Assembly: GCA_054600435.1 (NCBI GenBank)
Contig: BAAIJX010000083.1
Location: forward strand, 1 to 64,000
Length of the DNA: 64,000 nucleotides
Direction: 5' to 3'
Source of the DNA: Neophaeotheca triangularis
Lineage: Eukaryota
A model generated the notes under the pieces. It ran no database searches, was not told where the DNA came from, and worked only from the letters and a program-made list of their open reading frames with translations. Position numbers and translations under genes: made by a program. Below, one piece after another: positions 35,325 to 44,883 of the stretch. How positions within the stretch are numbered: position 1 is the stretch's first letter; every line of letters starts with the position of its first letter.

Positions 35325-35939
35325 TTACAGGAGATGGCACCACAGGCCAAAAGCAACCAGACTCAAGCCCACAACGGCCCAAGCCCGTCCAGCCTTCGGC
35401 CTTGTAACGCACGAACCGCTCACAGACTCCTTGTGCCTCTCAATTCCTGTGGAATCCGGATCCACAGGCCCGTCGCGCGGCTCACTGCCACTCGTCCGGC
35501 GACGCCTGCCCGTCGTGGCCTGACAAAACGCATTCGTGACATTGTGACCATCGCGAGTGAGGCAGTAGAGCCAAGCGTCCATGTTCTTGACGGGAGGGCA
35601 CCACTGCGTGCAAGCGTCCTCAGCGAGAGCAATGCGGGGTTCGGGGAGCTGGCCAGGGTAAATGAAGGGGCTGACGGTCTTGCAGCATTCGTACATGCGG
35701 GGGTGGTAGCCCTTGATACCGCAAAGGCCTAGGGCGGGGATGGGGTTGGGTTCTTCGTCGCTGCAGTCGTATTCGTCGGGATTACGGCCAAAGCAGTAAT
35801 CTTCAGGGTAGGGGATGATGGTGGAAGACGCTGTTGTTGAAAGAGTCCCAGGGGTTTTGATACTTTCCGGGAAGTGGATTGGCGGGCAGGAGAAGAGGGT
35901 TGCGGGAATGTTGCCGTCTCGGGTCGTGTAGACTGCCAT
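35325..35939 (-). CDS. Cys-rich protein with a hydrophobic GPI-like or tail-anchor C-terminus and no signal peptide
   Basis: 204-aa ORF with ACAATGG start context; C..CC..C-x3-C..CL..FC pattern; ends AWAVVGLSLVAFGLWCHLL. Confidence 0.7.
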   Translation of the reverse strand: MAVYTTRDGNIPATLFSCPPIHFPESIKTPGTLSTTASSTIIPYPEDYCFGRNPDEYDCSDEEPNPIPALGLCGIKGYHPRMYECCKTVSPFIYPGQLPEPRIALAEDACTQWCPPVKNMDAWLYCLTRDGHNVTNAFCQATTGRRRRTSGSEPRDGPVDPDSTGIERHKESVSGSCVTRPKAGRAWAVVGLSLVAFGLWCHLL

Positions 35940-38863
35940 TGTGTACTTTTAGATGCTGCTGTGTGAATTTACAATATGGGCTTACATGTGACTGTCTAGG
36001 TGGGTTGTTAATCTTGAGCTCAAAATAAATCATTGCGACACGATGAGGGATTGTGCATTTTAATCATGTAAACCGTGGGAACGTGAAGCGAATCAGAAAC
36101 GGTCGGATATCCAATCCATCGTCATCGAGCATCGGTCTGTTTAATGAATAGTGAGTTCCGTAGTCCTCGAACACATATGCGCGTGATCAACTGTGGTTCG
36201 TGCGATAGGGTCTCCGTATCCTGTAGGATGCACTAAGACTACAGTCCCTAGTATTAGACAGCTTTCTAAACTTGAAGTGCCCTTATACTTTAACCAAGAT
36301 GTACAGTGGTACACCTCCCAACGGGGCGGCTGCGTCCATAATAATGGAAGTACCTTAATCACTTAAACATCGCCGAGAAACTTTTAGCCTTCGTAGTAAG
36401 CTTCTTCCTCTTAGTAAAGTAAAGAGCTCACGACGGGAGGGATGCTAGAATGCCTGCTAGTAGACCCCTGAGAAGACTCTCCTCCCTCGCAAATTCCTCA
36501 TGTAACCTAAAAGGCTTCTATAACTATATTCAACTTACGAGATCAAATGGACGCTCATCCCTACTCTAGAATAGATGATCGATTAGTGCAGTATTTCAAT
36601 TATTTCGCGAGCCTAAAGCCTCGAGGCATTCGTTCTGGCACTCGGTAGGTGAAGATGGTTGTTTTACATTCGTAGAGTATCACAAAAGTCAATCACCGCT
36701 TAGGCGCTTATCGGTGACAAGTATAGAAGAAATTGCTAATCCGGCCTCTTAGCTTCGATTAAAGAGTTACTAATACAGTGTGCAGTGTTCTATAGATGAA
36801 GTGTCGAATCTGCGAATCGTAAAGCTCATAAGTCCGTCTAGCTACGCAATATGTACAACTGGATCGAGTTTAGTAGTAGTCTCCTAGTAATGGGAAAACG
36901 GATTGTCCGTCGCGACTTCGACAACCTAAACACTACAACCTAGTGGTCTTGTTCGAGAGCGAGGACTGTCCCATTAACAGGTCGGTCGTACTAATACGAC
37001 AACGCAAGGGCTCGTTGCACATTTTTCAATCTTTACGAAAGCAAGCTTTCTCGGTAATTCTTCCTTCGAGTCAAGCTGCTGTCTTTTAGCCGTTCATAAT
37101 GGTTCTTACTCTCTTCTTCTATTCGAGCTTCGGCGTACGGCCTAGTCTAGATTCTGAAGAGGTCTAGAGTTCAAGTGCGAGACACTCTTGTCTTAGCGAG
37201 ATTGTCGATATGATAGTGGTCATGAGTGGAGAAGACTTTAAACCTCGAGTCGGCGCCCGACACTTAAGCGCGAGGTCTTGCCATGGTGGCGCGAAGCAAG
37301 TGAGTAACGGGAGGGAGAGCAAGGTTGGTTATGAGAGTCGTTCCTAGGTGGTAAAGGGAAGACTGGACATGGATCTCGCTCCGACCGGAGTTTGGGGACT
37401 GATGACTACACACGTACAGAGTCCGACTCCCGACTCCCGGATGGTATCCGCGAAAAGACGAAGCATCTCATCTCGGACTTGTGCACTCCGAGTGGATTGT
37501 GCTTACCGGCTCGGTACTTGACACGCTATCACGGTACGACTCGCGTGGTCGACAGGGATTGTAGGCCACTGTGGGGACTTCGTCACAGTCGAGTATTCTG
37601 GAATCTTGAAAGTTCAAGCCTTCAAGGCCTCTAGTAATAAGAGCGGAATTGGTCCGTGAGATTCGCGAGTCGTTATAGATCCACTGTCTAGTAGGAGTCC
37701 ACCTCGGAGACCGGTGCGCTAAGATAATAATGCGGCTTGTTTGTGTGCTAAGAGCGATGTCCGAAGTATGGCCCGACCGATAACCGGAGAGGTGGCTTCG
37801 TTATGTTTTACTATTGCAGTGCTATTATGCTCTGCCTCCTATTAGCATGTACGAAGCGGCTCTGTATCGGCTCTTGTACTCCTCTGTTCACGGCTTACTA
37901 CTTGCATGAGCTCTCTGAGGGAAAGCGTTTTCCGGCCTACATACAATTTCTCTCCAAAGGTGGATTTGGATATGGATCGAAGCGTGAAGATGATTGATTT
38001 TTCGAAAGGCCCTAGATCTGGCATCTTCCTAGATCAAACGTACCATGTGGACACGCCTAGGCGAGAAGGAGGAAACAGATCCGTGGAAGGTCGCGGTAGA
38101 TTGGCCGAACGGGGAGGTGAAGTGGACATTGGAGCACGTGTGGTCCCGTGCTTGGGTTTGCCCTGGGAACAAAGCGTGGAGACTCCATCAAAAAGTGGAG
38201 ATTTATCAATGTCAATTGCCATCCCCGGGCCGACGATCTCATACTTCCCCGTCTTCACTAGGTATTCACTACCTCTACTCTACTACTCCTCTCTCCTTCA
38301 CCAGCCGCCTACACCATACTTCTTCCAGAGTCTTGGCCTGTTTTCTCCGTAGAACTCAACTGCCGGCTTCGGTCTGACTCCACATGGTAGGGCACGCCCC
38401 ACGGAAAAGAGGGACTGTGGGTTGCCAAGTATGGGGTCTGGCCACATGGGAGGTACTAGAAGGTACCTAGGTGTGGAGGGTTTATGATTCTATTCCCTTT
38501 CAAGGTTCGCTGCCGTCATGCTTTTCCAACAAGAATGCCACGGTCGTACCTGGCAACTTGTTTAGAGTTCAAACCACCGATCGTGGCAGGACACTGAGCT
38601 GCCGGATATGTCCCTGGATAGAGGTTTGGTGGGGGACGAGTGACCTTCATGACCTCCATGCACCGAGAGCACACCCACCTCAACTCCACCAGGGCGCGCT
38701 TAGCTCTCGTGCACTCTCCAGCGTGCCAGCGGCTCTTTTCCACGGCAGCATGGCCAAAAATCCCAACCCGCAAGGTGAGGGTAACCCTATATAACCCCTT
38801 CTCTTCCCCCCACGACAAAGCACACCTCAAGCAAAGCGCCTACTTCATCGCTAGCCCCTCACA

Positions 38864-41579
38864 ATGCTCTCCCAATACCTCTCAGCGGCGCCGCTGCTCC
38901 TCCTCGCCAGCACCGCCAACGCGTTCCCCTCTAACCGCCCGGCCAACTACAAGTCTCCTGCCCACGATGGGACAACCCTCACCCAGCGCTGGGAGACCGC
39001 CCAATCCCGCGCTGCCGACTTCGTCTCCCAAATGACTCTCGAGGAAGTCGCAAACATCACCCAAGGCATCTCCGAAACCCAAGGCTGCGGAGGTCTAACT
39101 GGCTCTGTGCCGCGCCTCAATTGGCCGGGCATGTGTCTTAACGATGGTCCCGCTGGTGTCAGGGGTACGGAGTTTGTCAATGGCTACCCGGCTGGTATCC
39201 ACGCCGCTGCGAGTTTCAACAAGGTGTTGGCGCTTGAGAGGGGCCAGTTCATGGGGGCTGAGTTCAGGGCCAAGGGCGTAGATACCGCCCTAAGTGTGGC
39301 TGTGGGACCCCTTGGGAGGGTCGCGCGTGGTGGTAGGAACTGGGAGGTTAGTGGGGAATGCTACGGCTGAGGTCATAGAAAGGGGGACCTTTTACTGACA
39401 CGTACGTGCTCTAGGGTTTCGGCCATGACCCTTACTTGCAGGGCCAGATGGCTGCGCTGATGGTGGAGGGCATGCAAGAGTCCGTGGTTGCCAACGTCAA
39501 GCACTGGATTGGTATGCCCATATGTCAAAATCACCGGTAGTAGTTCCCCAGCTAACGTTCTCCGGCCAGGCAACGAGCAAGAACTCTACCGCAACCCGGT
39601 CGTCGAGAACAACGTCTCGATCCCCTCTTTCAACTCGCTCATCTCCGACACCGACATTCACGAGGTTTACGTAAGCTTCCAACAGTACTATCGCTTCATG
39701 TGTGGGGACCCGAGCTAATTGCATCCCAGGGTTGGCCATTCGCCGACTGCATCCACGCTGGTGCTGCTTCTGTCATGGGCGCCTACCAGCAGGTTAACGG
39801 CGAGTACGCTTCCGAGAATGACAGAATCTTGAATGAGATCCTTAAAGAGGAGATGGACTTCCGCGGATTCGTTACGAGCGATTGGGGCTCGCAGAAGACT
39901 GGCTGGACATCCGCAAGGAATGGCCTCGACATGGCGATGGTTTGTTCTCCCGTCAAGGTACCAACTGATCGACAAGCTAACCATCCAAAAGCCTAGCAGC
40001 GTTGGTCTATGGGATGTGGAGCTCGTCCCGTCCGTTGAAAACGGCACCCTCCCGGAAGCCCGTCTTCGAAACATGGGCGAGCGTATCCTGGCTGCCTGGT
40101 ACTTTACAAACCTCGACAGCGTCGAAATCGCCCCTGGTGGAGGTATGATTGCAGACTTTCAGGCTCCCCACCCCGGTGTGGAAGCTCGCGATCCCAAGGC
40201 TCGCCGGTCGCTCCTCCAGGCCGCCGAGGAGGGTCATGTTCTTGTCAAGAACACCAACAACGCTCTCCCGCTCAAGTCGCCTCGCATCCTCAGTCTGTAC
40301 GGCTACGACGCTGTTGCACCGCTGCGATACAACATCCCCGAGAATGGTTTCGTAAGTAGATTCCACTGCTATAAGAAGCCGCAACATGTGCTAATGGAAT
40401 CTACAGACCGGCTGGAACTTCGGCACTACTTCCCTTAACAGGTCCGACTCGGAGCTCTTCGGCCTTCTCTTCCAAGGCTTTGCCTACCCTCAAGCTGGTA
40501 CTGAAGGCACTCTCTGGGTGGGTGGTGGAAGTGGAGCCAACAGCCCTGCCTACGTCTCCACGCCTTTCGCTGCCGTGTCTGCCCGCGCCGAACAGGATGG
40601 CACAGTTCTTTTCTGGGACTTCAACAAGACCGAAGTCAACCCTCGTGTCAATGCCGAGACTGATGCTTGCCTTGTCTTCTTGAACGACTTCTCGGCTGAA
40701 GGCAACGACCGTCTCGGCCTCGCAGACCCCTACTCTGACGAGCTTGTTGGCAACGTTGCCGCAAACTGCAGCAACACTATCGTCATCACTCACAACGCCG
40801 GTGTCCGGTAAGTCTCAAACCACACACTCATACCCCGTTCGAACCCCTCTAATCCAATTCCTCCCCACAGAACCCTCGACTTCGCGGACAACGAAAACGT
40901 AACCGCAATCATCATGGCCCATCTCCCCGGCCAAGACAGCGGCCGCGCCCTAACCAATATCCTCTACGGCGACGCCAACCCCTCGGGCAAATTGCCCTAC
41001 ACCATCCCCTACGAGGAATCCGACTTTGGCCCTATCCTCGCACCCGTCGTAACCCCCGCAACCGCCCCTGAAGACAACCTCTCCGAGCCCCGCGAACTCG
41101 ACTACCAATACTTCCAAGCCACATCCACAACCCCGCGCTACCACTTCGGCTACGGCCTCTCCTACACCTCCTTCGACTACACTAACTTCCAAGCCAACTG
41201 GGCCGTCGACGCACCTCCCGCTTCCCCCCCGAACCCCGACGCCGTCATCCCCGGCGGCGTCGCCTCCCTCTACGACACCGTCGCAACCGCCAAACTCAGC
41301 CTCACAAACAGCGGCTCCTGCTCCGGCGCCGAAGTCGCGCAGCTCTACCTCCGTCGTCCCGGCGACAAGGAGGGCGTCTGGATGCTTAGGGGTTTCGAGA
41401 AGGTCTTCCTTGAGGTTGGCGAGAGCAAGGAGGTGGAGATGGTTCTGAGGCGTAAAGACCTCAGTTCATGGGATGAGGAGGGCCAGGAGTGGGTTTTGGA
41501 AAGGGGTACTTTTGAGCTTGGGGTGGGGAGGAGTGCTGAGATTGGGGGGTGGGAGTTTAGGGGGACGTTGGAGGTTTGA
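38864..41579 (+). CDS. Secreted GH3 beta-glucosidase
   Basis: Signal peptide; CLNDGPAGVR, GGRNWE|GFGHDPYL, NVKHWIGNEQE, FVTSDWG (nucleophile), GHVLVKN, GGGSG, AEGNDR (acid/base), PGQDSGRAL..NPSGKLPYT, FGYGLSYT, AEVAQLY, LRGFEKV; six GT-AG introns; TATATAA at about 38788. Confidence 0.96.
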
Positions 41580-41731
41580 GTTTGAGCGATGGCAAGGGGG
41601 GAGGTTTTGGTTGGATTTTAAATTGAGACGACTATTTACGAGTTTCTATTAATCTCATTCTACTTTGGTATTGATCAGAGCCGATGTACCTGGCTCGCGA
41701 AACTAAGATGTAGTCTTCGTCCACAATATCG

Positions 41732-42669
41732 TTGCAGTTTTGTGACGCAAGCCCCCCGACCTGGCCCTTTTGGCTTCGATGGGAGGTTTCCATCTGCATC
41801 GTGCAAGACGACTGCATCAACGGGACGATCCCTATCATCGAAACATACAATGGACGAAAGACCACTTCGCCAAGCTCGAGAGCCACCGCTCTCTCCGTCC
41901 TCTCTCAAACTCGGCAATACATCGACGAGCTCGCGCCACGTTTGTGCAATTTGGACTTAGCCGTGAAATCGGGGCTGTTCTCATGGCAACTTCTTACCCT
42001 CTCTATCTGTTCCTACGCCGATACATCACCGTCACCGTGCGTAGAAAAGGGAAGCCTCCCAACGTCCTAATCCAACAGGCTTACCAAGCCCAACCGCTTC
42101 CTCTTGCGATCTTATCTCGCCTTTCACTCATTCCTGGAACGGATAGAAAGCACACTCACCGTTGGCTGGTAGCTGAGCAGCGCGTTCACGAACGCTTCAA
42201 ACCCGTCTTGTTGCAGCGGACTGCTCATGTCAAACGCAGAGAACTGCAAGTGCCGGTACTTCTGAAGGATAATAATGACCTGATCCTACGGCTTGAAAAA
42301 GGTAAGGTTGGTAGTAGGTTACATCCTTCTCCAGCGCCGGGGAAGTTGAGACGAGACCCACTGCGACCTGGAGATTTTAAGGCGAGGGTGTGGACGAGGT
42401 TTTGTCCAGGGGTTTTGTGAGAGTATAGGAAGTTGAGAGGTTTGGTATACCGGGGTAAACGTACTCTGGAAAGCGTGTCGAAAAGTTGGTCTTGGTCGCT
42501 GGTGTTGGGTGGATTTTGTACGCAATTTTCTACGGCCTACAGTCTGGAAGTGGTGGAGACTTTTCTAGATCTCTCAAGTGTGCCAGGGCGGAGGTACGGA
42601 GGCGTGGGCAGAGGCCAGGATCGTGGTGTTCGTGTGGATGGTTACGAGGCAAATGGCCGGTTTGTGTGA
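41732..42669 (+). pseudogene. Possible frameshifted lineage-specific gene remnant
   Basis: Successive protein-like ORF pieces in different + frames (..ATALSVLSQTRQYIDELAPRL.., LFLRRYITVTV.., LEVVETFL..) with no clean start. Confidence 0.3.
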
Positions 42670-43560
42670 CTCTGGCAGTGGTCTTCAAGGGGTTTAAAAA
42701 CATCGATAGCAATGTCTAGGTACAAGATCTGCCTTCCAAAGTAATGGAAGCAAATCTGATGGAGGTGCTGAGGAGTTCTACTTGCACCAAAAAGGGCGCC
42801 TTCCTTACTGTTAGAATGATGTCTTCTTCGCCGCTATACTATACTGGACGCTACTAGAAGACGTAAGAATCTGAAAAGAAAGGCAAGTTGTCCAAATAAA
42901 CGTTTTCAATTCCCGCAAGCTACGTATACTGCCCGAAGGCACAGCACAGCAACACAAAGCACGCTCAATTCGCGGAAGCAACAGCCACACGCGCAACAAC
43001 CAGCCCGGTCAGCACAGCACAGCCCCGCACAGGATCTCTCCTCTCTCTCCTCTCTCTCCGCCCCCCCCCCTCTCTCTCTCTCTCTCCACAGCACACCCCA
43101 CAAAAATCCGGCACACAGCCCAGTCCAGCACAAGTCTCTCTTCTCCACAGTGCAGGGGGCACTCTAGTGGTACCCACCCTCACGACGCTCCGCCCGCGCC
43201 GCCGAGCCCATGACGCAGAAACCCAACTTGGGGTCCCAAGCGGGAGCCTCGGCGCCTGAAGAACAGTCAGGGGCTGGGGCGCGGGAGACGGAGCGCGAGA
43301 GGGAAGGGCGACGGAAGCTGTGAGGAAACGGTTAGTTTTCAAAGTCTGTAAATGTCAGAGTGGCAATAGGGGATAACTCACTCTTGCTCGCTCCCGCGGC
43401 GCATTTCACGGACGGGGGTCCCGACCCCACCGTCCAGGCCACCACCGAACCCGAGGTCGCGGCGAGCGGCCTCGTAGCCGGCGGCGAAGCCAGCCTCGTC
43501 GTCGTCGTCGTCGTCGTTGTAGTGGTCGCCGGCGCCGCCAACACCGTACCCGAGAGGCGA

Positions 43561-44883
43561 CTAGCCTCCCGGGCCGGCGTGGAGACGCCCTCCCTGACCA
43601 CCACGGACACCGGCCAGGAGATCCCCACCCCCACCACCCCCACCACCGCCAAGCTTCGCCGGGAACAAGTCGCGCTCCCCGCCACCAGGGGCAGCGCTAG
43701 CGGCGCCCTTGATGGCGAAGTCGCGGCTCCCGGTTGCCGAGCCCTTGATGACGAAGCCCGGGCTCGTATCGCTGCCGTCAAGACGGCCTTGGGAGAGCTT
43801 GGCGGACGAAGGAGCAAGGTCGATCAAGTCGCGGCCGTCGTGGCCAGGGCGGGAGACGCGGCGGGATGTTGAAGGGGCGGGGGAGCGGAAGAGTAGCTCC
43901 TTGGTGGCGTTGGAGGAGGCGGAGAAGCTCTCGCGGTGGGAGAACCGGCGAGCGGGAGAGCGGGAGCGGAAACGAGAGGGGTTGTCGTAGCCGCCGCGGC
44001 GGGAGGAGGGGGAGCGCGAGCGGGAGTAGCGGCGGTGGTTGTCACGGGCCGGGGAGGCGGAACGGGAGCGCAGTCCTCCGCCACTCTTCTTGGCAGGGAG
44101 CAGCTCACGGGCCATGCCCTTAGGCTCGGGGGCTCGCCATGGACCCCTAGAAACCTCTGTTGTGTCGTCATACATGTCAACACTGAACGGCATCTCTCCA
44201 CGATCCAGGTCTGCATCGATGGGACCACGACGGTCACCGCTTCGAAAGTTACCTCTAGTGATGCTGCCGCGGTAGCTGTAACGGCCACGACTGCGCTCAG
44301 CAGGGTCGTTCTCCGGGTGGTCAAGATAGTGCTTTGAGGCAGCCGCAGCTTGCGGAGCCTTGACGTCGCGCATTGTGGCGGTGCGGACGTAGAATTGGGT
44401 ATCGGGCTGGACGTCGTATCTCTTGGCACGCGTCTCATGCTTTTCGTCTGTGACGTCTTCGGATGCGAGCCTGAGTAGAGCCTCGTAGGCCTCGTCTTGG
44501 CTTTCGTAGAGTATGTTTGAGCTGGTGTCGTCGACCCATTCGATGCGCACTGGCTGGATGTCGCAGTTGCTTGTGGCCCAAGTACGGATATCTCGTGTGG
44601 TCAAGTGGTGGTTTGTGAAGCGGAGGTGGACTTTGTTGGGCTGGATGTCGTCCTCATTAATTTCCCCCTCGTCGGCCTGGTCGTCGTCCGAGTCGGCGCG
44701 GTTGGCATGGCTGCCTTCGGCAATGATGTCGTCTAGGCTGTTATTCATCTTGTTGCTCTGGATTAGCTGCTGAATACTTTGCTCAGTCATGGCTGAAATT
44801 GCGTTTACCGGCGCATTGCGGTCCTCGTAGCCTTGCTCCTCCTCGAGGCCGTAGTCAACATCGAGGTCCATGTCGTGCGCCAT
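43561..44883 (-). CDS. Nuclear cap-binding protein subunit 3-like (NCBP3/DUF2414) RRM protein with an RS-rich tail
   Basis: MAHDMDLD start; PNKVHLR..LTTRDI..PVRIEWVDDTSSNILY..ALLRL..VRTAT.RDVK..AAAASKHYL.HPE; RSRSASP/RSRSP repeats; ELL/DLF motifs. Confidence 0.88.
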   Translation of the reverse strand: MAHDMDLDVDYGLEEEQGYEDRNAPVNAISAMTEQSIQQLIQSNKMNNSLDDIIAEGSHANRADSDDDQADEGEINEDDIQPNKVHLRFTNHHLTTRDIRTWATSNCDIQPVRIEWVDDTSSNILYESQDEAYEALLRLASEDVTDEKHETRAKRYDVQPDTQFYVRTATMRDVKAPQAAAASKHYLDHPENDPAERSRGRYSYRGSITRGNFRSGDRRGPIDADLDRGEMPFSVDMYDDTTEVSRGPWRAPEPKGMARELLPAKKSGGGLRSRSASPARDNHRRYSRSRSPSSRRGGYDNPSRFRSRSPARRFSHRESFSASSNATKELLFRSPAPSTSRRVSRPGHDGRDLIDLAPSSAKLSQGRLDGSDTSPGFVIKGSATGSRDFAIKGAASAAPGGGERDLFPAKLGGGGGGGGGDLLAGVRGGQGGRLHAGPGG

